DNA of 64,000 nucleotides, taken from the NCBI GenBank assembly GCA_963789315.1, contig CAWBKI010000007.1, forward strand, positions 16,012-80,011, given 5' to 3'. The translations under genes were made by a program, and so were the position numbers. Below are positions 11,150 through 21,259 of the stretch, in pieces (the stretch's first letter is position 1; every line of letters begins with the position of its first letter). The notes beneath the pieces were generated by a model. The model did not search any database. It was not told the origin of the DNA and saw nothing but the letters and a program-made list of their open reading frames with translations. This stretch comes from an uncultured Gemmatimonadaceae bacterium. GTDB taxonomy: Bacteria > Gemmatimonadota > Gemmatimonadetes > Gemmatimonadales > Gemmatimonadaceae.

Positions 11150-12092
11150 TCATCCCGCGTCGTCGAATCGCAACTCGTCGATGCTGACGACGCGATGGTT
11201 GCGATCCGTTTCACCGAGCGGCCGACGATGGTAGACGATGTACCACTTCCCGGACGGCGACTGCAGCACCGAGTGATGCCCCGCGCCGGTCGCGACCGTC
11301 GAATCCTGCTGCAGGATCTTCCCGACTCGCTCGAACGGCCCGAACGGCGACGAGCCGACCGCGTAGGCCACCGCGTAGTTCGGTCCCGTCCATCCGCCTT
11401 CGGACCACATGAAGTAGTACTTGCCGTCCTTGATCAGCATGAACGCGCCTTCGACGTATCCGGCGGGCGTGATCTCCTTGAACGTGCTGCCGTCGGGGAG
11501 CGGGACGAAGCCGGTGAAGTCGGCGTTCAGCTTCGCGATGTTGCAGTGCCGCCAGCCGCCGTACGACGATGTAGTACGACCCGTCGCGATCCTTGAACAC
11601 CATTTGATCGATCGGCTGCGCGCCGTTGTGAAACGCGTCGATGAGCGGCTTGCCGAGATAGTCCTTGAACGGCCCGTCCGGCGTTCGCGCTCGCGCGACG
11701 CCGATGCCGCCGACCTGCTGGTCGTTCTGGATGTCGTTCGCGCCGAAGAACAGGTAGTACCAGCCGTCCTTCTCGACGATCGACGGCGCCCAGACGGCGC
11801 GCTTGGCCCACGACACGTCGGCGACGTCGAGCACGTGCGGGTGTTTCACCCACGTGACGAGGTCGCGCGACGAGAACGCGTCGAGGAACGTCTGCTGGTC
11901 GTACGGCGCCGAGTACGTCGGGAAGATCCAGTACTGGTCGTCGAAGACGTGGGCTTCGGGGTCGGCGTACCAACCCGGCAGAATCGGGTTGCCGGACTTC
12001 GTCGATTGCGCCGGGGCAGCGGTTGCCGTGAGCGACGCGAATACGGCGAGAAGCCCGATGGGCGCGCGGGTGAATGCTGGGCGACGGCTCAT
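11150..12092 (-). pseudogene. Glycoside hydrolase family 43, one frameshift
   Basis: Signal peptide and GH43 motifs NPILPGWYADPE, WAPSI and FFGAND are in ORF 11211..12092. The C-terminal half (YGGWRHCNIAKLNADFTGF...MLIKDGKYYFMWSEGGW...WYIVYHRRP) is in the frame of ORF 11150..11440. There is an extra base near 11565. Confidence 0.85.
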
Positions 12093-12426
12093 GCGTGAAC
12101 TTGCCGGCGCGGCGCCGCGCTGACAACGGGCGGCGAATATCCGTTCAGCTCCGGCTCACGCCGCCTCGGGGCCGGGAATCAGCCGCGTGATCGCTCCCAT
12201 TCCCGTGAAAAGGAGCAACACCTCACCGCGACCCGACACGCCAACGCAAACCGGGTAAGCCGTGCCACTCAATTGCCAAGTTTCATTACAGCTTTTCGTC
12301 CTTCAATATGAGACTTCTCGCTGTGCCGCCTCGCACAGTCACCGAGCGTGGCGCGAGCCATTCTGAAGCGTCTTTGATTGGCAATCGCGATTGGCACGAG
12401 CCGCACACCAATCTGGAGAAGCTTCG

Positions 12427-12867
12427 ATGAGCATATTCGCCCGCCGCCGCCGCGCTCCCGTGGCGCCCGCCGTCTCAGACGGCTATTCCGTGATCGACGC
12501 GCACCTCTCGATTCAAGGCGACATCGCCACCGACGGTACGGTCCGAGTGGACGGCCGCATCGACGGAACACTGCACCGCGCCGACACGCTCATCATCGGC
12601 GCCGGCGGCGTGCTGATCGGCAACGTCGAGGCGCGAGAGGTCGTGGTGGGCGGAGAGCTCACCGGCGATCTCTCGGTGCGCGGACGGGTCGAGATCCAGA
12701 AGACGGCGACGGTGCGCGGCGACATCCGCGCCGCCGCGGTCGGGCTCGAAGAAGGCGGCACGGTGCACGGCCACGTCATCGTGCGCTCACTCGACGCCGA
12801 GATGCCGGTGATTGGCGAACGCCGGCTCATGCTCACTCCCAGCCGCTCGGTGGCGGCGCAAGGCTAG
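12427..12867 (+). CDS. Bactofilin family cytoskeletal protein (DUF583)
   Basis: ATG at 12427 with GGAGA 8 nt upstream. Bactofilin beta-helix repeats are present (GTVRVDGRIDGTL, LIIGAGGVLIGNVEAREVVVGGELTGDL, VRGRVEIQKTATVRGDI, GGTVHGHV). Confidence 0.85.
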   Translation: MSIFARRRRAPVAPAVSDGYSVIDAHLSIQGDIATDGTVRVDGRIDGTLHRADTLIIGAGGVLIGNVEAREVVVGGELTGDLSVRGRVEIQKTATVRGDIRAAAVGLEEGGTVHGHVIVRSLDAEMPVIGERRLMLTPSRSVAAQG

Positions 12868-12968
12868 CGCGCGGCGGCTGAACGATGCACAACAACGCGA
12901 CGCCGGCGTGGACGCTAATTCTCGTCCCGCCGACGCCGAGGGCAGCGCCGCGGCACATCGGCGTGAAG

Positions 12969-13593
12969 ATGCGCACGGTGCGCATGTTCGCGATGCTGAC
13001 GGCCGGACTCGCCGCCGTGATACTGAGCTGGATGCTCGCGACGTCCGACTCCGCCGTCGGCCTCGCCGACCGACTCGCCGCCGAGCAGCGGCTCACCGCG
13101 GCTCTCGACGATACAGTGCAGTCGATGCGCATGGCCGCGCTCTCCGCCGAAGCCGCGAAGCTGCCGCCCGTCGGAATGATGATGCCGATCAACGGCGAGA
13201 TCACGAGCCGCTTCTCACGCTCCCGCTTTCACCCGATCCTCGAGGTCTTCCGCGCGCATCGTGGAGTCGACCTCGCCGCGCCGGAGGGCACTCCGATCAG
13301 CGCTCCCGCCGCCGGCCGCGTCGCGTCCGTCGGGCGCCGGCTTGGCTACGGACTCGTCGTCGAGATGGTTCACTCGGGCGGTGTCGTGACGCGCTACGCG
13401 CACTTGCGCTCGGCGCGTCGTCCACGCCGGCGACACGGTGACGATGGGTCAGGAGATCGCCACTGTCGGCGAAAGTGGTCTCGCGACCGCGCCGCATCTG
13501 CACTTCGAGGTGTGGGTGAAGGGGACGGCGGTCGACCCGGTGAAGTTCGTCGCCGCGACGCGACTGGCCACTCCGCTGGCGACGGTGCACTAA
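12969..13593 (+). pseudogene. M23/LytM family metallopeptidase, one frameshift
   Basis: A TM anchor is followed by HRGVDLAAPEGTPISAPAAG and YGLVVEMVHSGGVVTRYAHL in ORF 12885..13601. After one extra base near 13417 the conserved end GDTVTMGQEIATVGESGLATAPHLHFEVWVKG..VDP reads in the next frame to TAA 13591-13593. Confidence 0.8.
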
Positions 13594-13669
13594 CCGGGTA
13601 GACAGCTGAACGGCCGGACGGCTGGACGGAGCCCTAGCTGGTCGCTCCGGAGCGGCGCAGCTTGAGTGA

Positions 13670-15341
13670 ATGAACGGGATTCATCGGCCGGCTCTCGTTG
13701 TCTTCGCAATCATCGCCGTCGTTCTCGGGTGTGGCCCGCACGAAGGGCGCATCCGTCGCAGGCGTCCCGGCGTCCAACGTGCCGGTCGGAGATTGGCCGA
13801 GCTACAATCGAACGCTCGCCGGCGATCGCTTCTCGCCCCTCACCGAGATCGACCGGTCGAACGTCGCGGCGATGAAGGAGATCTGCACCTACACGCTTCC
13901 CGAGGTCGCCGCGCTGCAGGCCGGCCCTGTCGTCGTCGCCGGCGCGATGTATTTCTCGACCGACACGATGACGTACGCGATCGACGCCGCGACGTGCGCC
14001 GAGAAGTGGAAACGATCGCGGCACGTAGCGACGCCGGGCGGCGGGCCGGCGGTGAATCGCGGCGTCGCGTACGCAGACGGACGCGTCTTTCGCGGGACGT
14101 CGGACACGCATGTCCTCGCATTCGATGCCGGCGACGGCCACACGTTGTGGGACGTGCAGCTCGACGTCGCGGGTCCGGGTGTGCAGCTGCCGATGGCGCC
14201 GATCGCCTGGAAAGGACTGGTGTTCATCGGGAACGCCGGCGGCGACCGCTCGGGCGTGATCGGCCACGTCTACGCGCTCGACGCGACGACCGGGCAGGTG
14301 AAGTGGAAGTTCGACGTCGTGCCGGCGAGCGGACCGGCGCGCGAGACGTGGGGCCACGGCGCCGCGGCGGCGTACCCGCTTTCCGGCGGCGCGTTCTGGA
14401 CGTCGTTCACGCTCGACGAGACGGCCGGCGTGCTGTACGTGTCCTCCGGCAACCCCGCGCCTGACTTCGACAGCGCGATGCGGGATGGCGAGAATCTCTA
14501 TGCCAACTCTCTCATCGCGCTCGACGCGACTTCAGGGCGGATGCTGGCGTTCAATCAACTCGTGAAGCACGACTTTCACGACTGGGACGTCGACAGTCCG
14601 TCGCCGGCGGTCACGATTCGATCGGGGCGCGCCGTCGTCGCCTCCGCCAACAAGGACGGTTTGTTCTCCGTCGTGGACCGCGGGCGGGTCGCGTCGCGCG
14701 CGGCGGTCGATGCACTGGCCGGCGGCGGCCCACCGTCCGAACTCCCGCTGCTCTACCAGGTGGCGATGACGACCCGCGAAAACGTCGACGTGCCGCTGTC
14801 GCGCGATCGCGCGACGCGATTTTGCCCGGGAATCCTCGGCGGCGCCGAGTGGAACGGCGCGGCGTACGACCCGACGCGAAACACGTTCTTCGTCGGCGCG
14901 AACGACTGGTGCAGCACGGTGCAGCTTCAGCGCGAGAACTCCCCGGTGCCGCGCATCGGCGCGCCGTGGTTCGGCAACGCCCAGGGCGGCCAGCGCATGG
15001 ATTCGGCGACGGCCGCCAAGGGCTGGCTCACCGCGTTCGACGCGGAGAACGGCAACGTGCGATGGAAGTTCCAGGCGCCGAAGCCGGTGCTGGCCGGCGT
15101 CACGCCGACCGCCGGTGGTCTCGTCTTCACGGCGGACCTCGGCGGCAACGTGTACGCGTTCGATGCCGACGATGGGCGCGTCCGTTGGCACATCTCTACC
15201 GGACAATCGATCGGCGGGGGTGTGGTGAGTTACGTCGCCGGCGGACACCAGCGCATCGGCGTGGCCTCGGGGATGCGATCGCCGATCTGGCCGGGCGGGT
15301 CGCAATCCAGCCACATCGTCGTCTACGGTGTGAATCGCTGA
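13670..15341 (+). pseudogene. PQQ-dependent dehydrogenase-like beta-propeller lipoprotein, frameshift after signal peptide
   Basis: The lipoprotein signal MNGIHRPALVVFAIIAVVLGCG (ORF 13670..) joins ORF 13698..15341 if one C is removed from CCC 13735-13737. The N-terminus GDWPSYNRTLAGDRFSPLTEIDRSNV and the repeated propeller blades resemble quinoprotein alcohol/glucose dehydrogenases. There is no cytochrome c domain. Confidence 0.75.
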
Positions 15342-15420
15342 CTGCCTGGCCTCCCCGCGTGCGGGCGATCTGCCCCACGCCCGCTATCGCTCGTGACCTG
15401 AGGCGGTAGAATTGGGCGGC

Positions 15421-17380
15421 ATGAAACCCAAAGAGCTCACGATCCGCGGCCTGATCCTCGGCGCGCTGATCACGACCGTCTTCACCGCCGCGAACGTCTA
15501 CCTGGGGCTCAAGGTCGGGCTCACGTTCGCGTCGTCGATTCCCGCCGCGGTGATCTCGATGGCCGTGCTGAGCGCGGTCAAGGACTCGACGATCCTCGAG
15601 AACAACATCGTGCAGACCGTCGCGTCGGCGGCGGGCACGCTCTCGGCGATCATCTTCGTGCTGCCGGGGCTCGTGATCATCGGATGGTGGACGGGCTTTC
15701 CATTCTGGCAATCGTTCTTGATCTGCGTGAGCGGCGGCGTGCTCGGCGTGCTGTTCACGATTCCGCTGCGCCGCGCGCTCGTCACCAACTCCGACCTTCC
15801 GTACCCCGAAGGCGTCGCGGCCGCCGAGGTGCTGCAAGGTCGGGTCGGGCACGCGCGGCGAGACGAAGGACGACACCGGTGAAGCGCGCGCAGGGTCTCG
15901 TCGCGGTGATGCTCGGGTCGGTCGCATCGGCGGGGCTCGCGATCATCACCGCGACGCGCGTCGCCGCCGCGGAAGTGACCGGGTTCTTCCGCCTTGGGAC
16001 GATGGCGTCGAGCGGATACAACATCGCGTGGTCGCTCGCGCTGCTCGGTGCCGGACATCTCGTTGGACTGTCGGTCGGCATGGCGATGCTCACGGGGCTC
16101 ATCATCTCGTGGGCGATCGCGGTTCCGATTCTCACGTCGATGACGCCGGCGGCGGCGGGTGTGACGCTGGCCGCGCACACGACGACGATCTGGCGCACGG
16201 AGGTCCGCTTCATCGGCGCGGGCGCGATCGCGATCGCGGCGATCTATACGCTGGCGAAGCTGGCGAAGCCGGTCGTCGGCGGGCTGGTGAGCACGCTCGC
16301 GGCGTCGCAGGGCAAAGAACGTCGGGCGACGATCTCGACCGCGACATCTCGCCGCAGTGGATCTACATCCTCACCGCCGGGTGCTTGATCATCGCGGCGT
16401 ACCTGGCGTACACGTTCGCCAACTCGACCGTGCTCGCGCCGCAGCGCGACGACGCTCACGCTTATCGCGGTGCCGTTCGTGCTGCTCGGGGGGTTTCTCA
16501 TCGCCGGCATCTGCGGCTACATGGCCGGACTGATCGGCGCGTCGAACAGCCCGATCTCCGGCGTCGGCATTCTCTCGGTCGTGCTCTGCGCGTCGGCGCT
16601 CGTCGTCGCCGTGCACCCCACGGCGGAGACGCGTCCGGCGCTGGTCGCGTTCGCGCTGTTCATCACGGCGATCGTGTTCGCGTGCGCGACGATCTCGAAC
16701 GACAACCTGCAGGACCTGAAGACGGGACAGCTCGTCGGCGCGTCGCCGATGCGGCAGCAGGTCGCGCTCATCGTCGGCGTGGGCGCCGGCGCGGCGGTGA
16801 TTCCCTTCGTGCTCAACCTGCTCGCCAAGGCATACGGCTTCGCCGGCGCGCCGAACGTCAACGTTGTGTCGCCGAATCCGCTGCCCGCGCCGCAGGCGAC
16901 GCTGATTTCCGCGCTCGCCCAGGGCGTGATCGGCGGCAGCCTCGAATTGGAAGATGATCGGCATCGGCGCGCTGGTCGGCGTCGGGCTCATTCTGCTCGA
17001 CGAGATGCTCGGCGCGGCGCACAAGCTGCGCATCCCGCCGCTCGCCGTCGGCATCGGGATCTACCTGCCGATGTCGGCGACGTTCGCCGTGGTCGTCGGC
17101 GCGGTCATCTCGCACTGGTACGACAAGCGCGCGCGCCAGATGCCGAACCCCGAACGCGCCGAGCGACTGGGCACGCTGGTCGCGTCGGGGTTGATCGTGG
17201 GCGAGAGCATCTGGGGCGTGATCAACGCCGGGACTGATCGTCGCGCTGTCGAAGGACGCGCCGATCGGGCTCGAGCCGGAAAACTTCGCGCCGGCGCCGT
17301 GGCTCGGGTTGCTGCTGTTCGTGGCGGCGATCGTGTGGCTGTACGGCTGGATGTTGCGAAAGTCGAGAGCTGTTGCGTAG
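15421..17380 (+). pseudogene. OPT family oligopeptide transporter, multiply frame-disrupted
   Basis: OPT hallmarks are present (MKPKELTIRGLILGALIT.., GLKVGLTFASSIPAAVISMA, LPYPEGVAAAEVL, SNSPISGVGILSV, DLKTGQLVGASP, NWKMIGIGALVG). They are split over ORFs 15412..15882, 15684..16388, 16028..16957, 16470..17237, 16954..17430 and a last ~50 codons ending at TAG 17378-17380. Frame changes lie near 15838, 15878, 16325, 16439, 16944 and 17231. Confidence 0.85.
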
Positions 17381-17398
17381 AACGGCGGCCGGTGAAAC

Positions 17399-17614
17399 GG
17401 CGATTGCGCGCGACAGCCGTTGTTGGTTGAGGGTTCTCGGTTGTGGGTTGTGAGTGACTGATGCAGGGACAGGCTCGGTGTTTCGTCGGCGATTCGCGCG
17501 GGTTCGAGGTTCGTCGTTTCAATCCGGCTTCGCGCAGAGCCTGTCACGACATCAGTCACCGACCACTCACAACCGACAACCCCTAACCAACAACGGCAGT
17601 CGCGCAACGCGCCG
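17399..17614. repeat. 216-nt imperfect palindrome filling the gap between convergent OPT and TonB-dependent receptor genes
   Basis: The left arm 17399-17476 (GGCGATTGCGCGCGACAGCCGTTGTTGGTTGAGGGTTCTCGGTTGTGGGTTGTGAGTGACTGATGCAGGGACAGGCTC) is ~80% complementary, by eye, to the right arm 17537-17614. The loop is ~60 nt. The element ends one base before the receptor stop codon. Confidence 0.7.
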
Positions 17615-19949
17615 TTAGAACGTGGTTCCCACGGTGAGGAACATCAGCCTCCTCGCCCCCGCCTGCAGCGTCTGCAAGTCGCTGTTGAGCGAGTAGCCTC
17701 CGGTTCCCATCGGCCCGATGTACGACTCGTCGAAGAGGTTGGTCACGTTGAACCGGACCGTGAGCTCCTTCGCGCGGCCGACGGCGGGCAACCGGTAGCC
17801 GACGCCCGCGTCGGCGACGGTGTAGGCCGGCACCGAGAGATTGTTGAGAATCGTGAAATAGCGCTTGTCGACGTGTCGAACGCCGACGTCGCCGGTCCAG
17901 GGTCCCTCCGAATAGCGGAGGCCGGAATTGGCCATCAGGCGCGGCGCGTCGACGGCGCTCTTCCCCTTCGCCGGGATGATCGTGCTCCCGCTGGACGACT
18001 GCGTGGAATAGTTGTCCTGGATGATCGAGCTGTTGTACGACGCCGTGCTCGTCCAGCTCAACGACGGCGTGACCTTCAGAACGAGAAGCCCTTCGAGGCC
18101 CTTCGTCATGATCGTCCCGACGTTCTCGTAGACGGACGCGCAGAACGCGGTGAGCTGGCAGTTCGCCACGCTGACGAGGCGATTGCGATAGTCGATGAAG
18201 TACGATGATAGCGACGCCTCGACGCCGTCGCGCTTCGTGCGGAAGCCGAAATCCACCGACGACGCGCGCTCGGGCTTCACGTTCGACTTGAAGTACGAGA
18301 AGGTCGACGGATCGAGATTGTAGATCCCCTCCTGCGGGCTCAGGGGATACTGGTTCATGTTCTCAGAGTAGTTCGTGAAGAGCTGCTCGTGCTCGTTGAG
18401 CGTGTAAACCGCGCCCACCTGCGGCAGGAAGCTTCCCCGCGCCGTCACCTGGAAATCGGGGCGATTCGGGTCACCGAATGCCGGCGCGTTGAGCGTATTG
18501 CCGTTGCTGTGAAAGTTCGCGTCGACGTTCAGGAACTTGGCGCCGTACGTGAGCTTGAGGCGGTCGTCGTCGAGCATGTTTGTGTTCTGCACGTACAGCA
18601 TGTTCGTCGTGATGGTCGCCTGACGGTCGAAATTCAGTCGGATGACGTCGTTGAAGTCGACAGTCGGGCCGCTTTGCCAGTTCACGAGCCGCCACGCCGG
18701 ACGCTTGATGTGCGTGTCGTTGTTCTCGTACCAGAGGCCGGCTTCGAGCTGGTTGCCGGCGAGGGTCGTGGCGAGCTTCGCGTTCGCGCCCGATCGCACG
18801 TCATTGTACTGCGTCTCGCGGAAGTACAGCGGGTCGGGGCTCCACGTCGCGCCATAGCTCGGCGCCGTCCAGTCGCCTCTGCCCTTGTCCGCGTGCAGGT
18901 ACGGCTGCACGGTGAGCGTCGCGTGCTCGCCGAGCGCGATGTCGTCGCGCACGTAGGCGAGGTGGTCGCGCCGCGCCCCGAGCGACGACTTCCAGTACGC
19001 CTCGTCCTGCTGATCGGTCGACGTCGCGTAGGCCTTGGCGTCGTTCCAGTTCGTGAACTCGTCCCACATGCGGCCGCTCTTTTCCCAGCGCGCGAGCGAG
19101 AAGTCCACGTAGTCCGACTCCTGCCGGTTGTCGAACGAGTAGAATCCGGTGAGCGTGTTGGCGCCGATGAAGGCGACCGATTTCGCGTTGACTTGCTCCT
19201 GCCACACGTCCCCGGTGCGAAAGAGACCGTGTGAGCCGAGGATGCCGGAGAACGAGGGCGACGCGGGGTCGCCGGCACCCTTCCACTTGTCGTTGTCCTG
19301 ACGCGTGAAGCTGAGATAGCTGCTGATTCCGTTGTTGCCGAACATGCGCAGGCCGCTGTCCCAGCGGCCGGTCGTGCGGTAGGTGTTGGCCGCGCCGACG
19401 GTCTGGCGCAGCGTGAACGCTTCCGCGCCGCGCGGCGCGTCGGACGCGTACTGCACGACGCCGCCCAGGTTGTTCGCGCTCGACGTGCCGATGGCGCCGC
19501 TGCCCTGCGCGACCGAAGCGCCGGCGAGATTCTCCGGATCCACCGCTCGGCCGATGCCAAGGCCGTTGAAGTTGCCGTAGCTCATGTCGCCGAGCGGCAA
19601 CCCGTCGAACGTCTGGCCGATCTGCCGCGTGCCGAACCCTCGAATGGTGATGCTGTTCGCCCATTCGTAGCTGCCCCATGGGTCGGAGCTCTGCGTGTTC
19701 ACGCCCGGCAGTTTCTCCACGGCCTTGAGCGCGCTCGTGCCGGCGGCCCGCTCCTTCAGATCGGTCTTGCCGATCGCGTTCGCGCCGCGCGTTTGGTCGC
19801 GACCCGAGGGCGTTGCAACGATCGAGACAGGGGCAAGCTTTCTCACTGTGTCTTTCTGCGATCCCTGCTGGTTCACCTCCTGCGCCGCCAGCGACGGCGC
19901 GACGAACGACGGGCAGGATCCACGGAGCGACTGCGAGTACGCGGCGCAT
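17615..19949 (-). pseudogene. TonB-dependent receptor, frameshift within signal peptide
   Basis: ORF 17615..19876 has a plug region (LAPVSIVAT, ALKAVEKLPGVN, ITIRGFG), a long beta-barrel and a terminal Phe. The start MRRVLAVAPWILP (ATG 19949, frame of ORF 18801..20012) joins SFVAPSLAAQEVNQQ in the receptor frame after one extra base near 19908. Confidence 0.85.
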
Positions 19950-20107
19950 GACGTTCACCTTGGTCTTTTGAGTCGAGTGGGTTTCGAGGAGCGTCCCTCG
20001 ATGAGCGCGCAAGGTGAAGGCGCTTTGTCACGACGCGGCCACCGATCGTCAGCGTCGGTGTAAGCAACGCGCGACCGTCGCGTTGCATGTCCAGATCCCA
20101 TCGGGCG

Positions 20108-20255
20108 GGCCATTACGACTATGGAACTACAATTTCGCGGAATGGGCGGAGTGGCGCGGAAAGGCCAAACGCTTTTGGAAAAACAAGAACAAGAGAACCT
20201 TCTCCGCGAAATCCGTTTCGTCCGCGAAATCGTTGCAGTGTCCAATTCGTGCAGC
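20108..20255. repeat. ~150-nt palindromic intergenic element, same family as 52567-52715
   Basis: The left half GGCCATTACGACTATGGAACTACAATTTCGCGGAATGGGCGGAGTGGCGCGGA matches 52567-52619 at ~43/53 positions by eye. The inner inverted repeat is AATTTCGCGGAA / TCCGCGAAATCG. Confidence 0.55.
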
Positions 20256-20359
20256 TTTCCAGGCGCACACTGCTGAGTGCGCCAGAGAACCGACGCCAGA
20301 TGCGTCCGTTGGCACGGCATCCGCATTGGGGAAGGGCTACAAATGAACCGGGGGGACAA

Positions 20360-20617
20360 TTGGCTGACATCATTCAGACGCCGGGGCCCACGAACACGGG
20401 CAGCGGTGGCGCGTCGGCGGCCGGATGGGCCGTTGCCGTCATCATCCTGCTCGCGGTGGTCGCGTGGTTCGTCTTCGGCAGCGGAATGCTGAATCACAAC
20501 ACGACGTATCGCGCCGACGTGAAGATCACACCGCCTGCATCTCAGACGCCGCCCGCGGGCGGCAGCGCGAGCGGCTCGGTGGCGACTCCGCCCACTCCGC
20601 CGAATCCGCGACCGTAG
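20360..20617 (+). CDS. Small single-pass membrane protein (hypothetical)
   Basis: In-frame TTG at 20360 (LADIIQTPGPTNTGSGGASAAGWAVAVIILLAVVAWFVFG.., Pro-rich tail). An ATG at 20343 (MNRG) lies one frame off across a GGGGGG run, so the true start may be 20343 with an indel. Confidence 0.35.
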   Translation: MADIIQTPGPTNTGSGGASAAGWAVAVIILLAVVAWFVFGSGMLNHNTTYRADVKITPPASQTPPAGGSASGSVATPPTPPNPRP

Positions 20618-20649
20618 GGACGCGTTCGGAGGCGGAAGCGGGAATCGCG

Positions 20650-21015
20650 TTACGCGCGACGTCGCTTTGCGGCGCCGCGCGTGCGCGTGGTCCGCTCGAA
20701 CGTCCAGCCGGTCTCGAGCAACTCGCGGAGCGCCGCGTCGGAGATCTTGCTCAAGCGCGCGAGCACGCACGCGTAGTTCACGTAGTGCGGCTTCAGATAG
20801 TAGATGTCGGGCTCCATCTTCACGCGCAAATCCCGTTCGACGAAGCTCATTCGAACGGCGAGCGTGTTCGGCTCGGCCGATTTGTCGACGGGGATGCACG
20901 CGAACATCTTGCCGCCGACCTTGAGCGCGGGCGAGCCGTAGCTCGTGCCTTCCTCGACGCCCTCGAGCGCGCGGGCGAGTCGTCGAACGCGATCGAACGG
21001 CGCGCGCGGGCTCAT
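20650..21015 (-). CDS. MmcQ/YjbR family DNA-binding protein (DUF419)
   Basis: 121-aa ORF with a pattern typical of YjbR-like proteins: ALEGVEEGTSYGSPALKVGGKMFACI ... LAVRMSFVERD ... YYLKPHYVNYACVLARL. Confidence 0.7.
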   Translation of the reverse strand: MSPRAPFDRVRRLARALEGVEEGTSYGSPALKVGGKMFACIPVDKSAEPNTLAVRMSFVERDLRVKMEPDIYYLKPHYVNYACVLARLSKISDAALRELLETGWTFERTTRTRGAAKRRRA

Positions 21016-21176
21016 GCCCCACGCTACGGCGTTTCAGGCGGGCGTCAAGCGCCGCGTCGCTCGCGGAACGGGGGGGATCGGGCATGCGCCCCAACACCTG
21101 GACGCACACCCGACCCTACTCCGCTCGTACAACGACCTTCGCCCTTCCGTCTCCCCAATCCACTACCCCTCCCACG

Positions 21177-21210
21177 GAAAAACGAAGAGCCCCGAACTTC
21201 AGGGCTCTTT
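21177..21210 (-). terminator. Rho-independent terminator downstream of the sigma-kinase operon
   Basis: On the minus strand there is an 8-bp stem AAGAGCCC/GGGCTCTT with a 9-nt loop, followed by CGTTTTT. It lies ~50 nt after the kinase stop codon (21260). Confidence 0.5.
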
Positions 21211-21259
21211 GAAAACGAATCCGGCGCGCGAGAGCGGACATCTCACGCGAACATTTTCG

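Noticed and set aside
17486-17535. tRNA-like T-loop resemblance (GGTTCGAGG) in the loop of the 17.4-kb palindrome.
   Set aside because: No acceptor stem, anticodon arm or D-arm can be built around it. I found no convincing tRNA, rRNA, tmRNA or RNase P gene anywhere in the window.
19950-20107. Possible riboswitch (cobalamin, TPP or similar) in the leader of the TonB-dependent receptor gene.
   Set aside because: I could not find the B12 box, the THI-box or other conserved riboswitch cores by eye. A covariance-model scan would be needed to exclude one.
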